Source: Ascidiella aspersa (taxonomy: Eukaryota). Taken from it: a stretch of 64,000 nt of DNA. The notes beneath the pieces were generated by a model that saw only the letters and a list, made by a program, of their open reading frames with translations, made no database searches and was not told where the DNA came from. The DNA is taken from assembly GCA_963924565.1 (NCBI GenBank), contig OZ004608.1, forward strand, positions 32,674,001-32,738,000, written 5' to 3'. Positions 1 through 14,226 of this stretch are shown here, piece after piece. Position 1 is the stretch's first letter. Each line of letters starts with the position of its first letter. The translations under genes and the position numbers were made by a program.

Positions 1-1242
1 AAATAAAATTGGAATAGCGTAAATAAACAATGGGTTGTATTCGAGTATCCTTACAAAAATTCCTGCCGGTACTTTTAGAGCGTACTTAAAACTTGACGAG
101 CCTAATATTTCCTAATATCAGTGGCCGTAGCTGTAAGTTTATATAAGCTTAAAAGCGACCGTCCCGCCTAGCCAAAACACCTCGGGTGGCAAAAGGTAAA
201 AATTAACGGGGCGGGTTAACGTTTAACTCGAATTCCACTGCCCATGAGAGTCGCCGAGCTTAGATAGTGAAACCCAAATTTCGAACCGGACTTGACAGAA
301 TGCTTTGGGTGTCACACAAAGGTACTGGAATGCAAGCTCGCTTGAAACAAACGTTACTTTAAGCAGTTTACTTAGCCACCCCAAATCATCAGGTTCTATT
401 TTTTTATGACATTTTTTTTGTTTTAAAAGTATACAGTAGTTACACAAAGTGGGCAACGACTAAAAAAACTCTTTTTAGGGTAAACAGCAAACTTAAGTCT
501 GGAAGTGAAAGCGTTCTGAAAGAATGGGGCGAATTAGATCAGTCTAAATTTAGCCCTCGCTTAAAACCAAGTATTTGTGATTCAGAAAAATTTTAAGCGG
601 GAAAAGTGAAAAACACAAAGTGAATGGTTAAACGGGGACTAGGGATGTTCAAAGAGGTGCGTTAATAAAACCACTACCACATTTTAAGTGATCTTTAAAA
701 CATAGATAAGACCCTAAATTGACCGGGTGCATTCAAATGCCATGTCTTATTTAAGTTATGCATCTTATGTAGAGCTAGATGGGCCACAAAGCGCCCATTT
801 AAGTGAACATTTGACCTCCGAAAAATGCCGCATTTGTTCGGTTCGGTTACTAAGCCGCTAAAAGGGAGAACGAAATCGTTTTCTCTGTTCGCTTGCTTTA
901 CGACTTTTCCTGTATATACCTAAACTTAGCGCGATGCGAGGCCAAGTTAAAATGGTAAAAAAGTACTGTTCTAACCTACGTTATCTGCTTCAACGCTAAG
1001 GCATAGTGTAATATCGCTACATCTAAATCGACATTAACGGCTTAAATAGAAATCAACTAAGCGTTAAAAACCAAACCCTGGTCTAATGTTAGTCAAACGT
1101 TTAGCGCACGATCTGACTCAAACTCTTTCTGCGTTCTCCAGTATAGGCCTATATATAGCCTATAATTGTCTGGAACCACAAAAAAGAACAAAGCACACTG
1201 TAATAAATGAAACCATATGCCGGGTGAACAATTAACACCTAC

Positions 1243-1311
1243 CGTCGTATTCAACGTCGACATAGTCGAGTTTTCGTCATCGTAGTTCATAAAGTAGTCG
1301 AAAAAATCCAT
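1243..1311 (-). CDS. Probable first coding exon (MDFFDYFMNYDDENSTMSTLNTT) of a gene continuing leftwards; resembles the extracellular N-terminus of a class A GPCR or other membrane protein
   Basis: ATG at 1311; 23 codons, then donor ACG|GTAGGT; two N-x-S/T sequons and Tyr in an acidic context; CpG-rich region upstream (1320-1870). Downstream exons not identified. Confidence 0.45.
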
Positions 1312-3052
1312 ATCGGTCGTTGCTGTTTCTGCTGCTGCAGTTTTCAGTAGAAATTCAGCTGTTTAAGAGTAAGTCTCGGTGCTTCGCAGTTCACGCCAGC
1401 TTTAACAGGACAACGGCGTAACGCCGGCCATTTAAGTCGCCTGGAATTCCAGTAAGGCCGAGCGTTAGAAGAAAGGCAGCGCGCCGTACTGTTACGTCAC
1501 TGTGTTTGAACAATGACTGCGCGGGCGTACGGGGCGAAACTTTCGAGGTGTGTTTGCCTGTCAGACCCAAGTGCTATAGGCTTCATGGATAACGCGCCCG
1601 TTGTACTTAGATAAGGCGGATGGCAGTGACCCGGTTTTACACAGCGCCTCGTCGTATGAAACTGATAAGGAAGCGACACTACACGGTTTTTCATATGTTT
1701 TAAAACACTGGTCGCAGGAAACTTCGCAAATGGGTAGGAAGTAATACCGGGAAGGGATAGCGACATTACAGAATTCCGATACAGTCACATGACACCATCC
1801 CACAGGGAATGACTGACCTGCGGCCTGTAAACAGATCAATGGGGCCTATCGCGCTCTCCCAAACGGTAAGCTAGGGTTGCCACTTTAGGCAAATATTGAG
1901 TTATAATTATAACAATGTGCGATACATTGTGTGCTGGCTAGCTCTTAATTAGGTTTTCCAACTGTCACGATAACCAGTATAACAACCTTGGACAGCACTC
2001 AAGATACAGTTCTATATTAATATGGGTTATGTTTTAGCACCAAATTTCGAGGCATGTCTCAAAAATTGGAACAAAAATTACCCCCGGAATACGTGCTAAC
2101 GTTCCACATTAATTTAATTGTTAATTACCGCTAAAATTATGCATGTACAGGACATTCAAAGTAGCACCATACCTTAATAAATCTTCACTGCTCAAACGAA
2201 TACATAATTAGTTTTACGGTTTAACAAAACAACTGATGCGCAAGCTGCAAGTTTACAGGACTCTATCATGGGTCGTCGTCACCTTTTTGCTTGCACTATC
2301 GTCCCAACAAAAACAATGGCTGTCTTGAAGAGTTCCACTTACTTGCAATGGGTTTCTAGCGTTAAAAAATTGTTCATCATTTCATATAGTCTTCAAGAAA
2401 CACTGCAATGGCTTTTAAAGGCAGTATTACGACTATCGACAGGTATTGTTGTAAACAGATCAACACAGAGCAACGCTGCCCCTTTCCTGTGCTCTGTGTT
2501 GTCTAACTGGTAACACACGACAGCAGTGCTGCTGTACTAATTACAATACAAACAGTGAACACATACTGATCTGCTGCCTCATTTGTATTGCGCGTAAGGT
2601 AGCGGTCTGTAGTGCTGGCCATTTTAGAAAATTTACGGATTAAAGCGGAAATGTAAAAAACTCTTAATGTTTATTAAAACAAAGACTGGCGTTTCTCGTG
2701 TCAAAACATCTATGTAAACTAGTGTGACAATAAATCATTTATAAACTGTTTAAGCAAGTTTTAAACAGCTAGTAAGTTATATTTGCCAGAAATAAGGTCT
2801 TGAAGGGCTGCTAGCCAAGCCGCGAAACACAAAAAGCTCCACAATGTAGAGCTAACACCAACTTAGCTGCGAAAGTTCATCTCTACAACTGACAAACTCG
2901 TCAGTCTAAAATGTCTGTAAGGTTGTTGGCTGCCGTTTGGCACCGCCGATGAGGTCAATGACCTCAAGCAGCGCAGTGGGTAACAATATGAATTGTGAAC
3001 AACAAAGGCTGCGTTAAGGAGAAGTGAACTAGTAAACAACTAATGACTAGAC

Positions 3053-3869
3053 CAGCGGTTCTCAACCTTTTATGTCTCGTGGCCCCCTTAGAAAGGCCTT
3101 TAATCCTCATGACCCCCCTCGATTATAAAAAAAATTAGCTAGAATTTGTGGCGGTATCATTCTTTCTTCGAGAATGCTTTTTATCACGGTGATTTATAAG
3201 TTTTAAGGGTCGTAATGACGCATTTAACATCACCAGCAGATTTGCGAATTTTCGACATTGCATAACACGAAACCTTGTTTAAGCTTTCTGTAAAAACGTA
3301 TTTTCCATAGTAAACATGTAAAAGTATGTGCAATTCAACTATTTTTTGTCCTAAGCTGGCTTTAACACAATTAATTTTACAACAAAATTTATCAATGGAA
3401 CAACAACAAATATATCTCTACGAGCCAAACTGGTAATATTGTTATTTGACGTTTTGTGAAAAAAATGTTCAACTTGCTTGTATTAGTTTTGCTATCATTC
3501 TAACTTGCCGTTTACAAACTATTTAAAATGCTGGTTAAACGTTCCAAAGAAATACGAAGTAAACAAGAAAAACACAAATGTTGGTTGTAACTGACGTAAC
3601 AATGTTTGGTTATTAGGCGACAGACAAAGAATTGCAAGCTTGAGGTCAACTGTTGCAAAACTTCTCACGAACAGCAGGTAGTAACACGTAAGAAAAAATG
3701 CGTTACAATAAAAAAGTAGATTTAAAACTACAAGTTTGAGTTCAACTGAAAAAATTGAAAATAGTGACACGGTTTTGCAATACCACGACATTGCTACAAA
3801 CTTATGCTCGTGTCCCCCCAATTACAGCTCCGTGGCTTCGCGGCCAAGGGCCACGGTTGAGAAACCCTG
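3053..3869. mobile_element. Non-autonomous hAT (Charlie/Buster-like) MITE
   Basis: Ends CAGCGGTTCTCAACC ... GGTTGAGAAACCCTG; perfect 8-bp TSD GACTAGAC on both sides. Confidence 0.85.
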
Positions 3870-3894
3870 GACTAGACAATTAGACTTGTCACCT

Positions 3895-4144
3895 CAGTGG
3901 TTTCCAACCGCGGTGCCATTTTCAATACTCAATCGTACCGATAGGTATTTGGGCATGTTTTATTTCTCGTCTTTCTGTGCGATTAGAGTATATCAAATTA
4001 TATTTTACAACATGCGTTTTTGTTGTTGTTTGATTTATAGTATCAGTACAACAATCCACTCAACGAAAATCCTACTAGGGTGTCTCAATATTTTTATTAT
4101 TTCTGGGTGGTGGCAATAAAACGTTGAGAAGTGAGAACCACTAG
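3895..4144. mobile_element. Degenerate hAT-type MITE
   Basis: Starts CAGTGGTTTCCAACC and ends GTTGAGAAG/GAGAACCACTA; no clean TSD. Confidence 0.45.
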
Positions 4145-6568
4145 TGTAACTGTTAATCTTGTTTGAGTTAATTACTGTTTGGTGAGTGCTAACGATTTAA
4201 GCAGAGGCTTATAAATAAAAACTTTGCTGGTTTCGCACTACGATCGATTGGTCTTATAAACCGCGTAAGTTCATATTAGCGCCTGACGCGAAAAAGTCGT
4301 GTTGTTGTAGCGAAACATGATACTCCAATTTTATATCGTGTATGTTTAACATTCCAGTGTGCTGCATGCCATAATTTTCTGCACACTAACAAGGTCATGC
4401 AGTAAAGTTTAGCGCCTATAGACCTAGGTGTGAAAAATTTGTTATAAAAGGGGGTAATACAGCGGTAGGGTTTAACCAGGATTCCTAAAAGTTAAACAGT
4501 CCACAGAACCGGTTACTGGTCAACTTTCTCAGGCTACAATTAATTATACCCATGCCACCTTGAAAAAGTGGGTAACTGTCATGTAGATTAAATCCCATTA
4601 TTGGGGTAATGGTATTGAAATAGTGTGAAATTATATCTAGTTGATTTGCAATTCAATCGTCTTCAGTGGATGGTTGAATAACAGTGGTAAAACGGCTTTT
4701 AAAATGTTTAAATCTATTCGTTCAAGTGCTACTTTAACCGGAACTCTTTTGCGTTTCAAATTTCCATATAACCAAAGTCGGTCTAGTTATAGTAGTAGTC
4801 AAATTAGGCGGTTGACACTTGGATAAACTTGAACACCAATTTGTCACACAACAAACAGAAAACTACTTGTTTTTCGTTTAGCAAATTTCAACAAAAGCAC
4901 TCTTTCACAAAATTTAAGTCAAAAAAGGGTGTGTACTTGGTGTAATGTGTACAGGTATTCCAGCCATGTTTGCATTTTTGCGACGTTGCCTACATTGCAA
5001 GGAAATTTGTCAGAACATACAGTACAATTATAAAAACTTTTAATGCTAAATCCACGATGAAACGCTATTATGTTTTTTTTAAAGAGACAAAATAAATAAA
5101 AAAGGACCTAGTCCTTACCGATGTCAAATAAGACAGGGACTTGAGTCATTTTGCAAACTGGGACATTTGAAATTATTTTAAAACGACTGTTTTACAACAC
5201 TGCTGTTTTCAAAGCGCTTACGAAAGGCCTAATGACTGGACTTGTAGAAAATATTTAGGTATAGGCTTGTGAAATTGTGTATCTTAAAATGCAAAAGCCT
5301 CTGCAAAACAATTTTAACTTCACCAAAATGTTTACACTTAAAGCGTTTTTCTTGCTAATGTTTTGTTAAAAAGTTTGCCTTTTTCACATTTATTGGCAAA
5401 TTTTAATCTAATCACCTAACTTTCTATGCAGCGACGTGGACTGGGGCTTGACGTTTGTTACAAATGAGTGATCTGACTTGAACTAAAGTGTTCTTGCAAA
5501 TAACGTGACTAAAACTACTGATTTAAAAACGTCTTGTTTACAACTCTGAATATGGTGACAATTTATCTGCGCTAGGCCTGGATTATCGAGCAAACTGCAG
5601 CCCTTTTTGAATAAGGCCTTCAAATCTCATCAGCAAATGCTTAACGTTGCCTAGACTAGTGAAGAATAAACGGAACTCATTGCACATCCGCTCTTGGCAC
5701 GACCTTTTACCTAAATTAAATCTAAAAAGCTCACAGGATGTTTAACGCGGCGTGCTTGCCTGGTGTTTATTTTGTGTTGGTTTACCAATAGGTCTGCTTT
5801 CACTTTCCTAAAAGCTTATCGCATATACGATCGGTTTTGAATAAAAGATTATGGTCACGATAGCGAACGAAACAACGACATCGACACGAATATGAAAACA
5901 AGCCATTAAGGGTTTAGAGTTTTTGTAGTTTACAAAGTCATCTCGGCCTTTAATCTAACTTTATAGTTTTCGGAGGCGCTTAAGTTAGACTTAGCCTGAT
6001 CTTTGCTGAAATACGGTAATACACAATATTTGGCCCTGGTCTAGAATCCTACCACATTTTCGTCCGGGGGTTTATGTTGCCAACAATATTTAGGTTAGAG
6101 TTTTGTTAGTTTCGCTGAGTCAAGTATTATTATTATATTTATTCTTACATAGTTATGCCTTACTTGAAATTTACTTTGACAACTCGTTTCGTTAGTATTA
6201 AAATAAATGTGGTAGGATTCTAAATCTGCGCCAAATAGTTTGCTGATCTTCCACTTATTTAAAGTCTGGGCGTTAAATCCAGCCAGTTTCTAACTAAACA
6301 AAACTTGACTGATTCACGTGTCATACTTTGAACAAAGTCAAATACGAGCTCGGTAACTTAACGCAACTTGCACACAAGCACTGGAATGTTTCCACAGGTT
6401 ATCTTACACGAATTGCACTGCTTCTCGTTGACTATATTCTGTAAACATCAACACACAACCTAAAAGCGAAAACGTTATAGGCCTAAAGCCTATACAGCAG
6501 CCATCCTAGTGTAACGTCATAATCAACACGGTGGATTGAGAAGCGTTGGCACGAATCAGGTGCTAGAC

Positions 6569-6863
6569 CAGTGATTCCCAAACTGTGTGCCGCGGCACAC
6601 TAGTGTGAGTGATTCTTTAGTGTGCCGCAAACTTTTTGTAATTCTGTAAAATAGAGTATTTGTATTACCAATAGGCATACACGCAAGCATTTTAGACTTG
6701 ATTACGCACTATCCATTACAAATTATTCATATTAAGACATTTACATATAGTTTGTCCTGTGTTAAGGGCGATGGTAAAACGACTATTTTGTTGTACTGTT
6801 AAAAGTGTGCAGCAAAATATTTAAGATTTTGTGCCGCGAGCCAAATAAGTTTGGGAACCACTG
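6569..6863. mobile_element. Non-autonomous hAT MITE (295 bp)
   Basis: TIRs CAGTGATTCCCAAACT ... AGTTTGGGAACCACTG; perfect TSD TGCTAGAC; subterminal GTGCCGC repeats. Confidence 0.88.
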
Positions 6864-8228
6864 TGCTAGACACGCATGTTTTGGCAACAAATAAAAAGTG
6901 CTTTTACTTAAGAGCAGACTTGGACGTCTGGATAAACCTAGTCTTCTAGTTCAATGAATTATAGCAAAATGCGGCTAACCCTAATTCTATTTTAATTTGT
7001 GAATTGATTGTGTGCTCTAATTTTAGTTTTATTTTAATTCGGATTTGGTCAAACATGCTACTTTGTCCAATTAACGGCAATTTAATACTGTTTGATCAAA
7101 ACGATTTGTAGGTGACTTTTACAGTTTAAAAAGCATAGGCTATGCTAAAAGATATAAAAATTTTGTAGAGGAATATTTGCCATCTCAATCTTAGCCTATA
7201 TGAATAAATTGCGATTTAAACTAAATTGAAATTTAAGTAGTTAAATGTAATTCTAGTTTATAGTTTAGTTTTTACGAAGTAGGTCATTTTATTTCTAATC
7301 TAATTTAAGAAAACTAAAATGATCTAATTCAAATTCTAATCTAATTTATAAAAAAATGAAATGATTTAATTGTAATTCTAAACCCATTTTAAAAATCTAT
7401 AATAAATCTAGTTGGCTTAGATTGCTTCAGAGATATGATCAAATCGTTAAATCGTATCTGTTGTCCTTTTGAAACACGATTAGGTCATAGTCCACTAAAA
7501 CCTAATAGTCGCTACCACGGCAAAAATACACCAATTGAAATGCCTTGCACCATCTGAAGGATTTTTCCAGAAGCGATTTACAATCAACTACAATTCTTCC
7601 TACGTAAAATCTATTTTAACTAAGAGCACAACCTTAACATGCAATAAACTTACAACAATTCAAATTAAAGTAAAACCTAAAAATTAAACAACAAATATCA
7701 ACGTAAACGTCGACTAAACAAAAAGGCGACTCCTCAAAATTCAGACAACTATACAAGTTATACAACCTGAGGATTATGACTTTCGAGTTTCTTTCTTATT
7801 TTCTTCTTTAGTCTGGCTCAGGTCACCTGTTCTTGGTCAAAGGTTACTGTGCCAATTGTCAATTGGAGAAATAGTGGCGCAAAGAGTTCGATCACATGGC
7901 AAACTGTAGCGCTGACAGCTTCCGAGCAAAATCTGACATAAGCAAATGACAGGGCGTCACACGTGATACTATAACCAGGGAGGTAGCCAGGAGCAGGGAC
8001 GGACCCAGGGGGTGCATCAGACCATGACCCTCACACACATTTTTTTTTGCAAACTTATATTCCGTAAATACATTTTTTTTTCAAATTTTTTGTTGTTAAC
8101 TGTTTTCTTTCGAACTACGTTTTTGTCCGTTCTAAGGAAATTTATCCAACCCAAAGACCCCATGAGTACTATGGCATGTTATGCGCCGTGAACCCATAAA
8201 AACATTAAGTGCAACATTTGGTTAGGAT

Positions 8229-8558
8229 GGTGTTTCTCAGTCTATGGGCCGTGATCCTAAATTGTGTGGCCGATTAATTTGGCTTGGTCGCCGACTTCAC
8301 GTGGTGAGATTTGCTATGATTAGTTCTGAGCAACATTTCTCCGAAAATGCGATTAACCTTCGGATGCGCTACAAAGTCATGGTGCGTAATAATTAAACTT
8401 AAATTTATCATTGCCTCTCTTATTTGGGCTTTGTTTACGTTCAACATAAAATTAGTTCATTGAAGCTGAAGATAATAATTGGGGCACCAAAGTTTCGCTG
8501 GTATACTTACGCTTGGTATTACGCTTAAGTCGCCACCGAAAAAGGTTGAGAAACAGCG
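8229..8558. mobile_element. Degenerate hAT-type MITE
   Basis: GTGTTTCTCAG... at the left end and AAAAGGTTGAGAAACAGCG at the right end; TSD not recognisable. Confidence 0.4.
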
Positions 8559-9672
8559 CTTTAGCAGCTAAGCACATCAATAAACTATAAATGCTGTTGT
8601 TTCGATCGATATGCGAATCTTTTATGTGCCCAATGTGTCACGTAGGAAATTTTATTTTAAACGTTTTGCCTATTTAAACCAAATAGACGCAAATTCTTCG
8701 CGTTTCGCTCGAGGACAAGTGTTTTTAAGATTAACTGTTTAACCCCAAACACCAAAAATACGAAGCAAGGAAAAGCTATGCGATTTAAATGTAATTCGCA
8801 CTTGTTTTTTTACGCTAACTGAGGCAATAAAACACTCATCTTTACTAAAGCAAACGTTATCTCAGTAGTGCAATTTAGGTTTTGTAGCATTAGACTTCAA
8901 TCATTGTTTTTCTGTAAAACGAGAAATGTAAACAAAAATGAATTGTTCTGTCCACACAGAAATAAAAACAAGAAAAATGCAATGCAAGAACGAATTCGCC
9001 AACTAAGCATAATAATGGTTGCGCAACCCTAAATAACGGATATATTGAAGTGGTAATATAACAGCCAGGGGGGAGCAGAGTGATTTTTGCGGCCAACCGC
9101 AGAGAATATTCAACACCGTGTGCTCGGCATAGGCGTAGCCAGTGTGGCACAGGGGAATAGTCCCCCCAAAAAATGATAAATATTGTACTCTTAATAATTT
9201 GTTTTGTAGCATTTATCAGCAGTACCACAACAGTCGATTACAGGCATGTCACACCTTTAATTGCCATGCACTGTTACGTCACAACAGTGTAGTTAATATT
9301 ACGTTTCATATACTTATTAATGTAGTTTTACTACTTGTTAGTCATTTGGTGCTTGCCCTTTAAATGGTTTTCGAGTATTGCGTTAAAACTCAGTCAGTTG
9401 CTGCTCGAAACGGTTTGCTAGCATATTTGTTTGTGTTGGATATGCAGTTCATACAATGGGAAAAGCTAAACAAAAAAAGGTTCAAAATTTTTCGGCTGGC
9501 AACCTAGTGCTCGGCCTATGTTTATTTCTAGCCCTCTGCATATGTCAGCAACACAGGTTCGTATCATTCAAGGGCATTGACGTCATACAGAGGCGTGTAA
9601 GAGGTGTGGTCACCAAGGCGTCAGTCAGCATGAGAATAAACGATTGGCTTGACCCGAGTCGCTATTTTAAAA

Positions 9673-10260
9673 CAGGGAGTCGAACCGTTTGACTTTTCCG
9701 GTTCAGGTTCGGTTCGGGTTCAAGGATTTTTTTCGGAATCCGGTTCAGTTCCGGTTTCGGTTCGGAGTAATTTACAAGTTCCGGTTCAGCTCCGGTTCGA
9801 ACATCGTTATTTCAAAACCGGTTCATAAAGTTCCGGTTCAGATACAATATAATTTGCGTTAAATCTCAAAATGTGGGTCGATAAATGTAGAGAATAATCT
9901 TTGAATTGTAAGTCATTTAATGTGAGTTCCGTGACTTTTAAAAAAAAAAGCAGCAACTCAATATTGAAATATCTTTATATATATAAAATGAACGATTTTT
10001 TTATTCAATATTTATATTTTTTCATAAAATTTCGAACATGGCGTAACTTGATTCTGTAAAATAGAAGTTGTGACGTCATCCTGGAGCGAACCGCTTTTGT
10101 TTACAGGTTCGGGTTCAGGTACTTGCAAATTATTCGGTTCAGTTCCGGTTCGGCTCCTTAAAATCTTATAAAAACCGGTTCAGGTTCGGTTACGGTTCAG
10201 AAAAAAATTGACCCAAAACTGGTTCATAAAGTTCCGGTTCGGTTCCGGTTCGACTCCCTG
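9673..10260. mobile_element. hAT-type MITE rich in CCGGTTC/GGTTC repeats, copy 1 (588 bp)
   Basis: TIRs CAGGGAGTCGAACC ... GGTTCGACTCCCTG; TSD TTTTAAAA; near-identical second copy at 21128. Confidence 0.9.
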
Positions 10261-11499
10261 TTTTAAAATGACTTGCTTTCAAACCTGCAACATGGTCTAA
10301 TTTAAGTATTATCGGAAAAATAACTTTCTCGTGAACTTTAGTCTTGAGAAAAATTAGTTAACTCTTTGAGTGCATTAAGAGAACATTTTTTGGTAAGATT
10401 TAGTTATTTCTGTTACATTCTGGACGTATAACAGCCTCACTACCAAATGTTTTGTTTTAGCTGGTAGCCAATCGAAATACAGCTCAGGTTTATTCAAGCT
10501 TACCAATTTTTATTAGTTAAATTACTTGACTTGGACTAAGTTTGCTTTTAATATGAGTTGGGCGTGCACTGGGCCTTGACTTTTTGGCAAATCACTAAAA
10601 AAAAAAAAACTAAAAATGCAAAATACTTACACGGAATTTAAGTATTTTTATAACACTACACAGGGAGTTAAAGTTGAACTATATTGCAAATCGGCAGTAT
10701 CGGCGCTCGTCCGATAATATTGGATCGAAGCTGTGTTTTTTAGTCACAAACAACGCGTGTGATGCGACATACATACCGTCCAAGGAAGGTACCGTTTTAT
10801 TGTAATTCTATGAAGAAAACGACTTCTGTCTTGAAAAAAATTTACATGCGTGCGAAAACGTTTCAGAATCGAATTCTCACATAATTAACGTCGTAACTTT
10901 CTTCAAACAAAGGTAGCTTTCAGCGAGGTAACACTTTAGCGCCACTTGTTAAGTTTTTAAATTGAGAAAAAGCGTCGCTAGGTGTTTCGCGTCGTTTAGA
11001 AATTTTAAATAGGTTAGCTTTGCTTTAAATTATACACGACTTTTATTGTTATACATTTTCTAGTCGACGGGCAACAGAATATTCTGTAAATAACATATTT
11101 AGTATTTGTCCTAAATTTGGGCCCATCCACAGGTACTATTTTTGGTTACTAAACTGTAAAAATATTTACATATTCCATTACGATGATAACTGGCGTACAT
11201 ACTACTAATTCCCTACACTTTTTCATTTACATTGCGTATACGCTCAAATTGTAATGTATTACAGTTAAAACCTTATTTGTTTGGGCATAATTCCTGTTCT
11301 TCTTTAATAAAATGTCGATTTTAGCTTTGCAGAATTCCAAATTCTAAAAGCACAAACTGGAGATCGAAAAGGACATTTAGCGGTCAGCAAAATATGCCTC
11401 GGCGAAATTGCGCAGCTAATTTTCGATCTGCTTTTGACAACTATTTGGCTTATAAAAAACAAAAATAAGGGTAAAAAAGGATAAACATATGGAAAATAG

Positions 11500-11840
11500 C
11501 AGTGTTATGAACAAGTCATTCTTAAATGACGGAAGTCCCAGTCGAGTCATTCATAGAATAAGTAAACTCCAAGTCAAGTCTTGAAATAAATGACAAGTCA
11601 ATTCCCCGTCGAAGTCATTATGAGCAATAAGTCAAGTAAAAAATTACATAAACGCAACATATACGAAGCAAATCGTTTTCTGTGCACAAATTAAGAAAAT
11701 AACCCAATTTTATAAAAAAAATGCTTAATGAAAAAAAACACTTAATTTCAAGCCAAGTCATATGTTCAAAATACTTAAGTCAAGTCATTTTAAAACAAGT
11801 CATTTTAAAACACGACATAAGTGAACTTTAGTCACAAGTT
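11500..11840. mobile_element. AAGTC-repeat MITE family copy (3' end degenerate)
   Basis: Begins CAGTGTTATGAACAAGTCATT and is colinear with the intact copy at 25373-25833. Confidence 0.7.
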
Positions 11841-12119
11841 TATATGCCCTGATGAAGATTACCTGGATAGGTTATCGAAACGTCGGTACAGAATAAATAA
11901 TTGTCGGAAAAACCTTCTTTATAATTAATACAATGCCTGGCAGCAACAGTATATTCATTGAACTTTAGTCATTACAAACTGGAAAAAATGTTATTTTGCT
12001 TACATAAACCAAAAAAGAGAAACCAATTTGTTTTGCCACAGCGGATAAATCAAACACGTTAATATTTGACGAAGATCGAGAATGTAACACGTGCCCAAAC
12101 CTCCAATGCCGAAAACATA

Positions 12120-12800
12120 CTGCGAGAGAGCAAAAGAGCGCCGTTTGCAGCTCAGCCCGGGTTAGGGCCAATAACAAAAAAAGCCTAAACCACGCCTCTC
12201 CAAGCGCACGCCAGCTCTACAAAGGCGCCCATTTGTCAAACGTCGCGCAGGCGGAGAAAAAAAATCGCGCGGCAATATTTGACCAAGCTCGATCTAATCT
12301 CCGCGTTGCCACAGGAACTCACAAACGCGGGGGGTGTTGGGGGGAGGGGGGCTTGAGGTGACGGCGTCAGGTCCGCCGCCGAAATTGGCCAATGGCCTTT
12401 CGGGCGCCGTAACCCAATATTGACCCTGACTGTCCGCATTGTGCGGCCGTGCCCTTGGAATATGAAGAACCTATGGAGAGGTTCTTGCGGCCATAGCTGT
12501 TTGACCCATTTCTAGGCTTGAGTAGCCAGCAGCATGATCACTCGTTTGCCCGTGTTGTTTTTGGCCTTTGTCGGTCGACGGACGCTTTGCCTCGCGGCCT
12601 TTTAGCTTCGCCCGTCGAGCGATGGCCTGTCAGTCGGTGCCCCAGCTTTGCCTTTTTAGCCTCTCTCTGTTTTGTTAATCCAGAGCAGTTTGGCAGCGAT
12701 ACCGCGGGCCAGGCGATATTTTATTTGCGACCCGGGCTTGTGTTAGTGCGCGTGTGTGGACAGTCGAATGATGGGTGTGTTTTTCGCAGGTTTAAGTATG
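12120..12800. promoter_or_regulatory. CpG/GC-rich putative promoter upstream of the Tctex-1-family gene
   Basis: Locally high GC and CpG; RFX X-box-like GTTGCCACAGGAAC (12305-12318); TGACGGCGTCA (~12359); ATTGGCCAAT (~12384); G-rich box at 12329-12351. Motif-based only. Confidence 0.45.
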
Positions 12801-14086
12801 TGGTTTCGTGGTTTTCGTGGTCAATTAAGTCTTGCGGGACCTTAGGCTTGTGGCTCCCAAGCGGAGTGTCATTTATAATGCTCAAGGGTGCTAAAAGATA
12901 TTTTAGATTCTCAGGGACTCAAAGTTTTACTCTACTGATGAGCTAATGAGAATTTTTATGTACGATATCTTAGATTCTTATAAATTCAGGTTTTTACTCT
13001 ACTGTTAAGCCTCTGAGAATGTTTTTGTGTACGATCAGCAATAATAGAAGAAATACGCTTCTACTTTTGTACAGTTAGTTTGTGTTGTTTCAATTTCAAT
13101 TAGCGGTAAACTACTCTGCAAAAATGTTAATTTGGTTGCCGCAATATATTTATAGTATTTGTAGGTAGCGAAGTCAACAATATAGAATTAAGCTATGAAG
13201 CCCTTTTTTATCAGATCACAGGAGTCGCTTTAGGATTAAAGGGCTTTTATTCGTCGATCAGATCGCAGTTTATAAATGCGGGGATAAGTAACTGAGTCCC
13301 GAATTTCGTATGGGACCCTATGTTATAAGCAACGTAGACCCTTTTCTCTCCATAGGCGGATTGAAGAAGTTTAAAATAAATGCAAAACACCAGCTTTTTG
13401 TCTTCAGGCCCCACGTGGACTGCGAGAACCTTTAGCTTCGGTTTGTTTAGCTTATTATGCTGAACCTGTTGGCTGGTAGGAAGCTATAAATTGCGGGCAG
13501 CGCCAAAGCCAAACAGAGAAGTGCACAAATAAGTTCACCTCCGATTTTGTTCGGTAGCTTTGGTGAGATTACATTCAAACGAAGGACCCCTGTCGCGGTG
13601 TATAGGGTGCTTCAGAACAAACGACGGCTTAAACGATTTTGGATGTTTGTTTAGGCGACAATTTTTGGGGGCTTGGGGCAGGGGAAATGAAGAAACGAGT
13701 AGTATTTGATAAATCTGATAAATCAAATAGACTTTTCGTCGAAGTTTGGTCAGTACTTCATGTATTGCTCGACTTTGATTTATAATTAGGTGGTCCAAAT
13801 TATTTTTTGGCGTTATTTTCGAGTGCTCTTTAAAAACTATTTTACGTCCTGTTTCGCGTGTGTATTCTGTTATTATGTAAACATTTTCACGGTGAAGCAC
13901 ATGCAATTAAAAGGGGAAAAATGGAAAAAAATAAGATAAGTGCGATATGATTTTCTCTGAAGAGGTTTAACGTATTTTTATTGAGGGTTAACTTTCAAAT
14001 TTATGTATTTTGTACACCTGTTTTGTTTTTCAGCGTATAAATTTCTCTAAACCTAAGCCTGTTTTGGCAAGCATATAACCTTCAAG

Positions 14087-14226
14087 ATGAGCGTAAGCAC
14101 ACTAACCAGCGGCAGTTCAGGAACTGTATCATCATTCCAATACCTTCAGCGTTCCAGCACTTCTTCAGAGTCTTTTGACAAGCCGCAAGCCATGCCCTTT
14201 GCAAGACCAGGAAGAAAAATGAGCGG
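14087..14226 (+). CDS. Tctex-1-family dynein light chain, coding exon 1 (MSVSTLTSGSSGTVSSFQYLQRSSTSSESFDKPQAMPFARPGRKMSG)
   Basis: Strong acceptor TTTTGTTTTTCAG at 14033; ATG at 14087; donor GG|GTAGGT in phase 2, which matches the acceptor at 16321. Absent from the ORF track. Confidence 0.65.
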
